Positions 10,355 to 20,184 are shown, counted from the stretch's first letter. The stretch: 64,000 nucleotides of DNA from an uncultured Acidobacteriota bacterium (GCA_963720545.1 OY970399.1:736001-800000); one strand, 5' to 3'. Notes: generated by a model from the letters alone, not told the origin. Made by a program: numbers and translations.

Positions 10355-12778
10355 GTGTGGCCTGACGTTCGGTACGCGCTTCGAAGCATCGCGAAGAAGC
10401 CCCTCTTCTACTCCGTCGTGATCCTGACGCTCGCGCTCGGGATCGGCGCTAACGCGGCGATCTTCACGGTGGTCAACGGCGTGCTGTTGCAGCCGCTCCC
10501 CTATCCCCACTCGGACCGCCTGATGATGGTGTGGACGCACAATCCTCGGCAGGGCTTCGACAAAGACGTCGGCAACTACCCGAATTTCGAAGACTGGCGC
10601 CACGCGAGCCTGTCGTTCGAGCGGATGTCCGCGTACCTCGGGGCGAGCGTGACGCTGACGGGGAACGGCGATCCGGCGCAGCTCCGCGGCGCCCGAGTCA
10701 CGCACGAGTTCTTCGAGACGATGGGTATGGCACCGCTTCTCGGCCGTCCCTTCGGTTTCGCCAACGGTCAGGCGGGCGGTGAGCACGTGGTCATCCTGGG
10801 CGACGGTCTCTGGAAGCGGCGGTTCGGGGCGGATCCGGCCGTCATCGGCCGACTCATAGTGCTGGACGGCATACCGCACGAAGTTATTGGCGTCATGCCG
10901 GCGAGCTTCGCGCATCCGGCGGACGCCGAGCTCTGGCTGCCGCTCGCGCCTGTCGGGGACTTGCAGGCACTTTTCGAGTCGCGCGGCTCCTATTGGCTCA
11001 CGGTCATCGGCAGGCTGAAGCCCGGCGTCAGCCAGGTCGCCGCCCAGTCGGAGATGGACACCATTGCCAGGCGTCTCGAGAAGGAGTACCCGTCAAACGC
11101 CGGCATCGGCGTCCTGCTGGTGACGATGCAAGAGGAGCTGGTCGGCGACGTGAAGCGCCCGCTGCTCATCCTGCTGGGTGCGGTGAGTTTCGTCCTGCTG
11201 ATCGCCTGCGCCAACGTCGCGAACCTGCTGCTGACACGCGCCGCCGCCAGGCAACGCGAGCTCGCGATCCGGGCTGCTGTGGGTGCCGACCGCCGCCGAC
11301 TGGTGCGACAGTTGCTGACCGAGAGCGTCGTCCTCGGGCTTCTTGGCGGCGTCGCGGGACTCTTGCTTGCGACCCTCTGCATCAATCGGCTGCAGGCGCT
11401 CGCGCCGGCCGAGTTGCCGCGGCTCTCGGAGATTGCCATGGGCGGGCCGGTACTAGCGTTCGCCGTTTGCGCCTCGGTATTCACGAGCCTGCTGTTCGGC
11501 GTTGTGCCCGCTCTTCATGCGTCGCGGCGCGACTCGGGTGGACAACTGAAGGAGGGTGGGCGCACGGGGTCCGACAGCCGCCGCGGTGGCCGCGTGCGAA
11601 GCGCGATCGCCGGGGGAGAACTGGCCATCGCGCTCGTGCTGGTCGTCGGTGCCGGCCTGCTGATCCGCAGCTTCATCGCGCTCAACAGCGAAGACCCGGG
11701 TTTTGCCACCAGAGGCGTGCTGGCGCTGCGCCTTGACCTGCCGCGCGCGACGTATGGTGAGCCCGCCCAGATCGCAAACTTCTTCGAGCGGCTGGTCGAA
11801 CGTCTCGATGCGCTGCCGGGCGTCGAATCCGCCGCCGCCGGATCTTCCGTGCTCCTGTCGCGGCTGCCAGCTTCGGCCAGCATCAGCATCGAAGGCAGGC
11901 CACCGCTGCCCGCAGATGCCCCGAACATCCCCGTTCCCTACGACTCCGTCACGCCGGAGTACTTTTCGACACTGCAGATCCCCTTACGCCGGGGACGCAT
12001 GTTCACCGGCGCGGACGGACCGCGGTCCCAGCCCGTCGTGATGGTGAACGAGACGTTCGTCAAACGGTTCTTCCATGGCGAGGATCCGCTCGGCCGGCGC
12101 GTGACGTTCGACGACCCGTCGCGACCCGAAGTTCGGTGGCAAACGATCGTCGGCGTCGTGGCGGATACCAAGCGCGGCGGGTTCGAGCGGCGGCCGTGGG
12201 CGGAAACGTACTTCCCGCTGCGCCAGGCACCCGATCCGCAGACCTTCGTGCTGCTGCGGACTGGCGGAGATCCGATCCCGCTGGTCGCGGCGGCCCGGGC
12301 AGCCGTATGGTCGATCGACCGCAATCAGGCGATCGCCAGCGTCCGCACCGTGCCGGAGCTGCTCGCCCAACAGCAAATGAACCGGCGCTTCACGACGCTG
12401 CTGCTCGGGATCTTTGCCTCGGTCGCCCTCGTGCTCGCGATCATCGGTACCTACGGCGTCATCGCACACGCAACTGCACAGCGCACCCAGGAGATCGGAA
12501 TTCGTATCGCGCTCGGGGCCGACCGCGGGACGATCCTGCGCTTGGTGCTGAGCGGCGGACTCCGCATCGCCGCCGCCGGGCTCGCGATCGGCATCTGCGG
12601 CGCGCTCGCCCTCACGCACGTGCTCTCCGGCCTGTTGTTCGGTGTTGGCGCTCGCGACCCGCTAACGTTCGTCGTCGTGCCTGGGGCGCTGCTGGTCGCG
12701 GCGCTGGCGGCCTGCTGGATCCCTGCGCGCCGCGCCATGCACGTACAGCCGGCAATCGCCTTGCGGGGCGATTCCTAG
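10355..12778 (+). CDS. duplicated MacB/FtsX-type ABC permease (ADOP-like)
   Basis: DVRYALR, LTLALGIGANAAIF, LLIACANVANLLL, QRTQEIGIRIALGA, WIPARRA. GTG start after SD GGAGG. Confidence 0.92.
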   Translation: MWPDVRYALRSIAKKPLFYSVVILTLALGIGANAAIFTVVNGVLLQPLPYPHSDRLMMVWTHNPRQGFDKDVGNYPNFEDWRHASLSFERMSAYLGASVTLTGNGDPAQLRGARVTHEFFETMGMAPLLGRPFGFANGQAGGEHVVILGDGLWKRRFGADPAVIGRLIVLDGIPHEVIGVMPASFAHPADAELWLPLAPVGDLQALFESRGSYWLTVIGRLKPGVSQVAAQSEMDTIARRLEKEYPSNAGIGVLLVTMQEELVGDVKRPLLILLGAVSFVLLIACANVANLLLTRAAARQRELAIRAAVGADRRRLVRQLLTESVVLGLLGGVAGLLLATLCINRLQALAPAELPRLSEIAMGGPVLAFAVCASVFTSLLFGVVPALHASRRDSGGQLKEGGRTGSDSRRGGRVRSAIAGGELAIALVLVVGAGLLIRSFIALNSEDPGFATRGVLALRLDLPRATYGEPAQIANFFERLVERLDALPGVESAAAGSSVLLSRLPASASISIEGRPPLPADAPNIPVPYDSVTPEYFSTLQIPLRRGRMFTGADGPRSQPVVMVNETFVKRFFHGEDPLGRRVTFDDPSRPEVRWQTIVGVVADTKRGGFERRPWAETYFPLRQAPDPQTFVLLRTGGDPIPLVAAARAAVWSIDRNQAIASVRTVPELLAQQQMNRRFTTLLLGIFASVALVLAIIGTYGVIAHATAQRTQEIGIRIALGADRGTILRLVLSGGLRIAAAGLAIGICGALALTHVLSGLLFGVGARDPLTFVVVPGALLVAALAACWIPARRAMHVQPAIALRGDS

Positions 12779-12935
12779 CGCGCCAGGACTCTCCCCTCCT
12801 TCCGAGTCCTTCGCGAGTCACCACCCTACCAAGCGACGACTCCACAGCTGCGAAGCGCGAGCGCCAGCAGCAGGGTGGCCACGATCGAGACCGCGATCGA
12901 ACCCCAGCAACCGAGACGGTTCGAATAGAGGCCGA

Positions 12936-13355
12936 TCACTTCTTTGGTTCAACGACCAGTTCGCTGACGACTTTTTCCTTGCCGACAACGTCTGCGGCCT
13001 TCGCTTCGATCGAGACTTTCTCGGCATCCGATCGGACCGGGCCTTTCAAGGTGACCGTTCCATCCTGCGTAGCGATCTCTACGTGGTGAGCGTATGCGGA
13101 CAACGACTTGTCCTTCATGACCAACTGCCGAATCTTCTTCGTAGTCGCCAGATCCGAGCGGTTGTTCTTCTGGTCGGCCGCCGTCGGTCCCATGGCCCTG
13201 CGGTCACGTCTATTGACCCTCGTGTTGTCCGGTGCCGGCTGTTGGGCGTTTACCGTCGATTCCCGAGCTGCAGCCTCTGGTGCGACGACAGCAATGACAC
13301 CGCCGGCACAGAAGGTAGCCGCGATTGCCCAGGACGCTCTTGCCAATCTATTCAT
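12936..13355 (-). CDS. BON-domain (OsmY-like) periplasmic protein
   Basis: Signal peptide, PDNTRVNRRDR, IRQLVMKDKSLS, GTVTLKGPVRS; SD AAGGAG. Confidence 0.88.
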   Translation of the reverse strand: MNRLARASWAIAATFCAGGVIAVVAPEAAARESTVNAQQPAPDNTRVNRRDRRAMGPTAADQKNNRSDLATTKKIRQLVMKDKSLSAYAHHVEIATQDGTVTLKGPVRSDAEKVSIEAKAADVVGKEKVVSELVVEPKK

Positions 13356-13951
13356 GTATTACTCCTTCAGACTGGCGGGGGTTCACACACCAGTCATAGA
13401 CCTCACCTCCAATATCGGTGCGACCAAAGTGAGAGTCAAGGTCCTGAACGGCAGCGAGAAGCATCCAGATCGTCAGTTCGGGACGATGGCCGCTGGCATC
13501 CTCCTGCAACGAGAACGAAGACGGAGTGGAGTAGTGGCACTGTGTGATCTGGCGTCCGGCCGCCGCTTGGCATAACCAGGGAGGACCCCTAGAGTCAACC
13601 TGGCAAGATCGACGTGCGCCGAAAAGCCTCTTGAGAGGACAACTTGGGATCGACGCCGACGGCAGAGCTAGTGGCGTGGGTGAAATGCGAGGAGTGCGGA
13701 GCTCCGGCCAAACGGTTGCGCCACGCGGCCGGTATGGATTCCCTGGAATGCGCGAAGTTCTCCGACCACGTGTTCCGGACGGACCGAAGTATTCCGGATC
13801 CGCCGGCCTCGAAGGCCATTTAGGGGGACTCCCGTAGAGCGCGTCGCCCGGTTTGTAGAAACACCTGTCGCTTCTTGTCCACTCGCGGGTCGAAAGTCGG
13901 GCAATCCACCGATGTACGCGCCGCGCAGCAAGCACGAGGCGCGGTGGTGGA

Positions 13952-13967
13952 TGGCATTCATCCTGCA
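13952..13967 (+). promoter_or_regulatory. putative sigma54 promoter
   Basis: TGGCATTCATCCTGCA fits GG-N10-GC, ~35 nt before ATG 14002. Confidence 0.45.
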
Positions 13968-14001
13968 AACGCTCTGAGATAAACCAGCAAGGAGCATTTG
14001 C

Positions 14002-14223
14002 ATGAAATTGATATCCCTATCCGCTGCCCTCTTGATCTCAGGCGCGCTCGTCGTTTCGGTCGCGGCGCAGGATCCGACACCGGCCCCCACCGCAAGCCCG
14101 CAGCCGTCGCCGGGCGTCAGCCCGTCGCCCAAGGCGACTCCCAAGCCCAAGCCGAGCGCAAGTCCCACGCCGAGTCCGACCCCGACGCCCTCGCCGACAC
14201 CGACCAACCCGCCGCGCGCGTAG
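14002..14223 (+). CDS. small secreted Pro/Ser/Thr-rich protein
   Basis: SD AAGGAG, signal peptide ending VAA-Q, mature part made of (S/T)P repeats. Confidence 0.65.
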   Translation: MKLISLSAALLISGALVVSVAAQDPTPAPTASPQPSPGVSPSPKATPKPKPSASPTPSPTPTPSPTPTNPPRA

Positions 14224-14229
14224 GGCCCG

Positions 14230-14739
14230 ATGGGCCTTGCGGTCTACAAGCGCAAGCGCGACTTCAAGGCCACGCCGGAGCCGGCACCAACGGCGCGTCC
14301 GTCGCATAAGGCGGGCGCGCCATTGTCATTCGTGATCCAGAGGCACGACGCGAGCAGCCTGCACTACGACTTCCGCCTCGAGCTCGACGGTGTGCTGCTG
14401 AGCTGGGCTGTGCCCAAGGGTCCCAGCCTCGATCCTTCCGAGAAACGCCTCGCGGTTCGAACCGAAGACCATCCGCTCGCCTATGGCGGCTTCGCCGGTA
14501 CTATTCCGAAGGGACATTACGGTGCAGGCAAGGTTGCCATCTGGGACCGGGGCTTGTGGTTGCCGCGCGACGATCCTCATGCGGGGTTGCGCCAGGGAAA
14601 GCTGGTCTTCACGCTCCGCGGCAAACGGCTGAGGGGCAGCTGGGCGCTTGTCCGGACCAGGCTGCGCAAGGGTGCGAAGAAACCAGAGTGGCTCCTGATG
14701 AAGCAGAAGGATGAAGCGGCCGTGACAAAGAAGAAATGA
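14230..14739 (+). CDS. ligD: LigD 3'-phosphoesterase domain protein
   Basis: YKRKRDF..TPEP, FVIQRHDASSLHYDFRLE, SWAVPKGPS, RLAVRTEDHP, YGAG.V.IWDRG. Confidence 0.92.
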   Translation: MGLAVYKRKRDFKATPEPAPTARPSHKAGAPLSFVIQRHDASSLHYDFRLELDGVLLSWAVPKGPSLDPSEKRLAVRTEDHPLAYGGFAGTIPKGHYGAGKVAIWDRGLWLPRDDPHAGLRQGKLVFTLRGKRLRGSWALVRTRLRKGAKKPEWLLMKQKDEAAVTKKK

Positions 14740-15683
14740 CTCGCGAGGCCTTCCCCCCGTTTCCTGCGCCACAGCTGGCCACGCTCGTCAAGAAAGCGCC
14801 GGAAGGCGCCGCGTGGTTTCACGAAACCAAGTTCGACGGTTACCGCATCCTGGCTCACCTCGCGCGCGGCAAGGCGCGCCTCTACACTCGGAGCGGCCAG
14901 GACTGGACCGGCCGCTTTCCGGGCGTAGCGGCAGCGGTGCAGGCGCTGTCGGCACGGAGTGCCTGGCTTGACGGCGAGGTGACGGTGGCGCTGCGCGATG
15001 GGCGGACGAGCTTTGCCGCGCTGCAAAACGCCGGAGCGCTCGCGTCCGGCGCGCAGCTTCTCTATTACGTCTTCGACCTGCTGCTCCTCGATGGATCTGA
15101 CCTACGGGGGGCGCCGCTTGCCGAGCGCAAGGCCGCACTATCGCGCTTGCTGAAGGCGAAAGATCCGGTACTGCGCTACAGCCGCCACACGACCGGCAAC
15201 GGCCCGCGGGCATTCGCGTTCGCGTGCCGCCGCTCGCTCGAGGGCATCGTTTCGAAACGCAGCGACGCGCCCTACCAGTCTGGCCGCGGGCCGACATGGG
15301 TGAAGGTGAAGTGCAGCCGCGAGCAGGAGGTGGTGATCGGCGGGTTCACCGAGCCGCAAGGCACGCGCGCCGGCCTCGGTGCGCTGCTCGTCGGCGTTTA
15401 CGACGACAGCGGTGCGCTCGTCTACGCCGGCAAGGTGGGCACCGGCTTCTCGCAGGCCGCGGCGGTCGAACTGCGGCGCAGGCTCGACGCGCTCGAGCGG
15501 CCGCTGCCGCCTTTCGCGGCTGCGCGCGGCATCCCGCGCGGCCATTACGTCGCGCCGCGCCTGGTCGCGCAGGTGCGCTTCACCGAGTGGACGCGGGACG
15601 GGCGGATGCGCCATCCGGCGTTTCTCGGGCTGCGTGAAGACAAGCCGGCCGTACAGGTGCGCCGCGAGGAACCCGCATCGTGA
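14736..15683 (+). CDS. ligD: LigD ATP-dependent DNA ligase domain protein
   Basis: ETKFDGYR (motif I Lys), LDGEV, YVFDLL, LEGIVSK, WVKVK, GKVGTGF, RHPAFLGLREDK. Confidence 0.92.
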   Translation: MTREAFPPFPAPQLATLVKKAPEGAAWFHETKFDGYRILAHLARGKARLYTRSGQDWTGRFPGVAAAVQALSARSAWLDGEVTVALRDGRTSFAALQNAGALASGAQLLYYVFDLLLLDGSDLRGAPLAERKAALSRLLKAKDPVLRYSRHTTGNGPRAFAFACRRSLEGIVSKRSDAPYQSGRGPTWVKVKCSREQEVVIGGFTEPQGTRAGLGALLVGVYDDSGALVYAGKVGTGFSQAAAVELRRRLDALERPLPPFAAARGIPRGHYVAPRLVAQVRFTEWTRDGRMRHPAFLGLREDKPAVQVRREEPAS

Positions 15684-16615
15684 CACCAACGCCCACACAG
15701 TCGCTGAGCATCGCGGGGGTGCGCATCACCCATCCCGAGCGGGTCGTGTTTCCGGAGGGCGGGTTCACCAAGGAACGGCTCGCGCGCTATTACGAGAAGG
15801 CCGCCGCCGCGATGCTGCCTCATCTCGCCGACCGGCCCCTGACGCTCGTACGCTGTCCGGAAGGTGTGGCCGGCGAATGCTTCTACGTCAAGCATGCCGG
15901 CCCGTGGGCGCCGAAGGCGCTGCGCCGCATCACTATCGCGGAGAAGACCAAGACCGGCGAGTACCTTACGGTCGCGAACCTCGAAGGCTTGATCGGCCTG
16001 GTGCAGATGGGCGTCGTCGAGATCCACACCTGGAATTCGCGCGCGCGCTCCCTCGAAAAGCCCGACCGCATCGTCTTCGACCTCGATCCGGGGCCCGGCG
16101 TCGAGTGGCGCCGCGTTGTCGCGGCGGCTGTGGCGATCCGCGAGCTGCTCGCAAGCATCGACCTCGTGAGCTTCGTCAAGACCACCGGCGGCAAGGGCCT
16201 GCACATCGTCGCGCCGCTTTTGCCGCGCGCCGGCTGGCACGAGTGCGCGGAAGTCGCGCGGGTAATTTCGGCCGTGCTGGTACGGCGCAGCCCGGACGAA
16301 TTCCTCACGGACATGACCAAGGCCAAACGGCCGGGACGCATCCTCCTCGACCACGCTCGCAACAACCGCGGCAGCACGTCGGTCGCCGCCTGGTCGACGC
16401 GGGCAAGGGCGGCAGCGCCCGTGTCGATGCCGGTGGCCTGGAGCGAGCTCGACTCGGTCGCAAGCGGCGACGCCTTCCACCTGGAGGACGCCGAACGGCT
16501 GCTCACCGCGCCGCGCCGCAGCGACCCGTGGCCCGGATTCGATGCCACGCGCCAGAGCATGACGGCCGCCCGCCTGCGTGCGGCCGCAGCGCTCGGCGGC
16601 GGCGCTACGAGTTGA
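15680..16615 (+). CDS. ligD: LigD primase/polymerase domain protein
   Basis: ITHPERV, RPLTLVRCPEG, PDRIVFDLDPG, KTTGGKGLH, RNNRGST. Confidence 0.92.
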   Translation: MTPTPTQSLSIAGVRITHPERVVFPEGGFTKERLARYYEKAAAAMLPHLADRPLTLVRCPEGVAGECFYVKHAGPWAPKALRRITIAEKTKTGEYLTVANLEGLIGLVQMGVVEIHTWNSRARSLEKPDRIVFDLDPGPGVEWRRVVAAAVAIRELLASIDLVSFVKTTGGKGLHIVAPLLPRAGWHECAEVARVISAVLVRRSPDEFLTDMTKAKRPGRILLDHARNNRGSTSVAAWSTRARAAAPVSMPVAWSELDSVASGDAFHLEDAERLLTAPRRSDPWPGFDATRQSMTAARLRAAAALGGGATS

Positions 16616-16804
16616 CGCGCTTCGTGATGGCGGCCGAATTTTTTTGTTGATACGCACGACAACGAGGGCCATCCTGAATTCCTGCGGCGGCCCTCCTTGA
16701 AAGCCTCACACGTGCAGCAGTCCCGTGCCTCTCACTCTCTGCCCACTGCCTGGCCTGTCATCGGACCGCCCTCAAACCCCGATTTTCGGGGAGGAAAGGC
16801 GAGT

Positions 16805-17806
16805 ATGCGTATGGTCAACACCAAACTTTTTCGGTCGTCTGTTGTCTTCAGGTGGGCGCTCCTGAGTGCCGCACTGTTCGTTCCCCAGGTGGCCCAGGCC
16901 CAGGTCGAGTGGCACGCCACTGTCGGCGCGCAGAACCAGGGCATGGGCTTCCAGGTGCTGGCGTTCCTGCCGAATGAAATCTGGATCAACGCCGGCGACA
17001 GCATCACGTGGACCTTCAACGTGGACGAGATCCACACAGTCACCTTCCTGAAGGCGCGGCAGGTACGGCCGCCGTTCAGCGCCGGGTGTCCCGGCTTCGC
17101 CACCGACCCGGCAAGCTTCGACGGCTCGGAGTGCGTGACGACACCGCCGCTCGCATCGGGCGCCACCTTCACCGTGAACTTCCCCAAGGCCGGCAACTAC
17201 AAGCTCGTCTGCCTGGTGCATGAAAACATGACCGCCACGGTGCATGTGTTCCCCGCGGGCCACGCGCTGCCGCACACGCAGCGTTTCTATGACACGGAGG
17301 CAACTGACCGCAAGGCCGACCTATTGGCCACGGGCACCGCCGTCGGCAAGACCGGTGTGAGCAACGACCACGCCGTCACCGCCGGCATCGGCGCCGTGGC
17401 TGCGACGCCGGGCGGCACGGACACCGTCTCGGTGCTGCGCTTCCTGCACGAGAACATCACGATCCACGCCGGCGAAACCATCCAGTGGGCGAACCGCGAC
17501 CCGGTTACGCCGCACACCATCACCTTCGGCGAGGAACCGCCGGACGATGCCCTTTTCGCACCATCCGACGACGTCACGCTGGACGCGGACGGCGCGCGCC
17601 ATGCGACCCTCAACGCACCCGGCGAAAGCACGCACTCGGGCTTCATCCGCGCCGAGCCGCAGGAGCGAACCGGCCTGCGCCAGACGCCGCCCAGGGACAT
17701 CGTGACCCGCTTCCGCATCACCTTCACGCAGCCGGGCACCTATCCCTACATCTGCTCGCTGCACGACGAACTCGGGATGGAAGGTACCGTCACCGTCATC
17801 CCCTAG
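16805..17806 (+). CDS. secreted two-domain cupredoxin (blue copper) protein
   Basis: Signal peptide and two ligand sets: HTVTF...CLVHENM and PHTITF...CSLHDELGM. Confidence 0.8.
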   Translation: MRMVNTKLFRSSVVFRWALLSAALFVPQVAQAQVEWHATVGAQNQGMGFQVLAFLPNEIWINAGDSITWTFNVDEIHTVTFLKARQVRPPFSAGCPGFATDPASFDGSECVTTPPLASGATFTVNFPKAGNYKLVCLVHENMTATVHVFPAGHALPHTQRFYDTEATDRKADLLATGTAVGKTGVSNDHAVTAGIGAVAATPGGTDTVSVLRFLHENITIHAGETIQWANRDPVTPHTITFGEEPPDDALFAPSDDVTLDADGARHATLNAPGESTHSGFIRAEPQERTGLRQTPPRDIVTRFRITFTQPGTYPYICSLHDELGMEGTVTVIP

Positions 17807-17853
17807 CTCGACGAGCGATGCCTTGACCGCTGCGGGTGCGCCGCGGCTGTCCT

Positions 17854-17991
17854 TCAGGATGGCCGCGGCGGCGCCTCGGCGTCCGGTCGCGCGGGCCGAG
17901 GCGGCGGCAGCGCAATCGGCTCTTCCTGCCGGGGCGCCCCACTTCTCGGCGCCTTGGTGCCCTGCCGGGCGTCGTCGTTGTTGTTCGTCAA
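17854..17991 (-). CDS. possible 45-aa Pro-rich small protein
   Basis: SD GAGGAG 7 nt before TTG 17991; fills an otherwise empty gap; no recognisable motif. Confidence 0.25.
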   Translation of the reverse strand: MTNNNDDARQGTKAPRSGAPRQEEPIALPPPRPARPDAEAPPRPS

Positions 17992-18105
17992 GGGTGTTCT
18001 CCTCGGAGAGAGGATCGCAGGGAAAGTCTACCCAAACAGCTGAAGTCCGTCATGGGGCCTGGGCGGCAAGGGTAAGCCACGTCATAGTGGAGGCGTAAAG
18101 TCAGC

Positions 18106-18486
18106 ATGATGAACGACGTGAACGCCTACATCGCCGCACAGCCGGCCGCCATAAGAGCCCGTCTCCGCGCCCTTCGGGCCACCATCCGGAAGGCGGCGCC
18201 GCGGGCCGAGGAATGGATCAGCTACCGGATCCCGGCCTACAAGCTGGACGGCAGCAGGCTCGTGTACTTCGCCGCATTTCGCAACCACATCGGCCTCTAC
18301 CCGGTCACCGGGCTCACGCGCGCGAAGTTCGGGAAGGAACTGGCGCCTTACGACGCCGGACGCGCCCGCGCCACGGCGCGGTTTCCTCACGACCAGCCGA
18401 TCCCGCACCGCCTGATCGCGAGGATCGTGAAGTTTCGCGCCGCGGAGAACGCCGCGGCGAAGCGCGCCGGCAAGCCGCGGCTCTAG
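18106..18486 (+). CDS. DUF1801 (YdhG-like) protein
   Basis: VNAYIA, LRATIRKAAP.AEE.ISY.IPAY, YFAAF..HIGLYP. Confidence 0.85.
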   Translation: MMNDVNAYIAAQPAAIRARLRALRATIRKAAPRAEEWISYRIPAYKLDGSRLVYFAAFRNHIGLYPVTGLTRAKFGKELAPYDAGRARATARFPHDQPIPHRLIARIVKFRAAENAAAKRAGKPRL

Positions 18487-18535
18487 GCCACAGACTCCCC
18501 TTGTTACCGGGGAGGGTTGGTGAGAGAACCACAGC

Positions 18536-19327
18536 ATGAAGCATCTCTGGCGCTGGCGGCGCGGAGTCGGTGCAATGTTCGTGGCGCTCCTGCCGGCCGC
18601 GGCTGGTGCCGCGCCCGTGACCGTGCGCTACGCCGAGGGTCTGGTGCACGGCTTCCTGTCGCTGCGCACGCTCGACGGCAAGACGCTCGCGACCGGCGAA
18701 CTGATCCAGGTGGCGCGCGGCAGCCGCGTCACGGCGCGGCTCGTGTTCCACTTCCCCGACGGTTCGGTGAACGAAGAAACCACGGTCTTCACCCAGCGCG
18801 GGCAGTTCAAGCTCGTCTCCGATCACCTGGTCCAGAAGGGCCCGACGTTCGAAAAGCCGCTGGACGCAACCATCAACGCCGCGACCGGACAGGTGTCGGT
18901 GCGCTACACCGACGACGGCAAGGAAAAAACGGAGTCCGAGCGCATGAAGCTGCCGCCGGACATCATCACGAACGGCATGCTGACGGCGCTCATCAAGAAC
19001 CTCGATCCCAAAGCGCCACCGACGGTCGTTCCGGTCGTAGCGCTCACCCCGAAGCCGCGGCTCGTCAAGCTGCATATCGAGCACGAGGGCGAGGACAGCT
19101 TCACGTTCGGCAGTGCTGCGCGCAAGGCGCACCGCTACGTGGTGAAGGTCGAAATTGGCGGCATCGCCGGCGTTATCGCGCCGATCCTCAACAAGGTGCC
19201 GCCCGACTCGCACGTCTGGGTGATGGGCGGCGAGGCGCCGGCGTTCCTGCGCTCGGAGAACCCCTTCTTTGCCGGCGGCCCGCTGTGGCGCATGGACCTG
19301 CTGAGCCCGGCCTGGCCTGGGGAGTAG
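18536..19327 (+). CDS. hypothetical secreted protein
   Basis: Signal peptide, GC3-rich coding pattern, beta-rich 263 aa; no family recognised. Confidence 0.7.
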   Translation: MKHLWRWRRGVGAMFVALLPAAAGAAPVTVRYAEGLVHGFLSLRTLDGKTLATGELIQVARGSRVTARLVFHFPDGSVNEETTVFTQRGQFKLVSDHLVQKGPTFEKPLDATINAATGQVSVRYTDDGKEKTESERMKLPPDIITNGMLTALIKNLDPKAPPTVVPVVALTPKPRLVKLHIEHEGEDSFTFGSAARKAHRYVVKVEIGGIAGVIAPILNKVPPDSHVWVMGGEAPAFLRSENPFFAGGPLWRMDLLSPAWPGE

Positions 19328-19330
19328 CGC

Positions 19331-20137
19331 CTAGTTACGCACCATCAGGCCGGCCAACTCCTTGGCGAGCTTGGCCGCCGCGACCGCGGTGATGCCGGAA
19401 GGGTCGGCCGAGGGGAGCAGCTCGACGACGTCGGCGCCCACCACCGGTCCACGCAGGCGGTGCAACACGCGCACGATGTCGCGCACCGAGAGGCCGCCGC
19501 CCTCGGGATGGGCAACGCCGGGCGCAAACGCGGGGTCGAGGCCGTCGAGGTCGATCGTCACGTAGACGGGCCCGGTCGGCACCGGCACGCGTCCCACCTC
19601 GAACGCGTTCATCTCGACGACGCGCACGCCGAACTTCTTCGCCTGCGCCTTCTGGTGCGCATTCAAGGTGCGGATGCCCACCTGGACGAGCCTCTGCGCC
19701 AGGCCTTCCTCCATGATGCGCGCGAACGGACACGCGTGCGAGAAGCGGTTGCCCTCGAAGTTGTCGTAGAGGTCGGGATGAGCGTCGAAATGCAGGATGC
19801 TGAGCTTGCGATGCTTGCTTGCGACCGCGCGCAGCACCGGATAGGTGACCGAGTGATCGCCGCCGAAGGAGAGCGGCTTCATGCCCTTCGCCATCACGGC
19901 GGCGACTGCTGCGGTGATGCGGTCGCGGTCGCCGTCGTCCTCGCGCAGCGCGGCGTCGCCCTCGTCATTGAGTACGCCTGGCGCGCCGAGGTCCACGAGC
20001 GACTCGCTCCACATGTTGCTCGACTCGCTGAAGATCGCGCGGCGAATGTAGCCGGGCGCTTGCGCGGCACCGCGCACGTACGACGAGTTGATGTCGGTGG
20101 GCAGGCCCAGGATGCCGATTCGCGTCGTCTTTTTCAT
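19331..20137 (-). CDS. agmatinase/arginase-family ureohydrolase
   Basis: GGDHS, HFDAHPD, FSHAC, DLDGLDPAFAPG, GGL motifs. Confidence 0.9.
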   Translation of the reverse strand: MKKTTRIGILGLPTDINSSYVRGAAQAPGYIRRAIFSESSNMWSESLVDLGAPGVLNDEGDAALREDDGDRDRITAAVAAVMAKGMKPLSFGGDHSVTYPVLRAVASKHRKLSILHFDAHPDLYDNFEGNRFSHACPFARIMEEGLAQRLVQVGIRTLNAHQKAQAKKFGVRVVEMNAFEVGRVPVPTGPVYVTIDLDGLDPAFAPGVAHPEGGGLSVRDIVRVLHRLRGPVVGADVVELLPSADPSGITAVAAAKLAKELAGLMVRN

Positions 20138-20184
20138 TGCAGGGCAATGTAGCACGCGGCCGCACGCGAGCCGCGAGAGCGCGT

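Larger units (their letters stand above)
7894..12823. mobile_element. tRNA-Lys-integrated genomic island remnant (no integrase)
   Basis: Exact 21-bp direct repeat CGAGTCCTTCGCGAGTCACCA at 7894-7914 and 12803-12823. Interior is visibly more AT-rich and gene-poor over ~7.9-10.3 kb. Confidence 0.75.

Noticed and set aside
13356..13950. ORFs or a ku remnant in the BON-ligD intergenic region
   Set aside because: No recognisable motifs in any frame; a TGGCA..TGC site at 13494 has N9 rather than N10 spacing.
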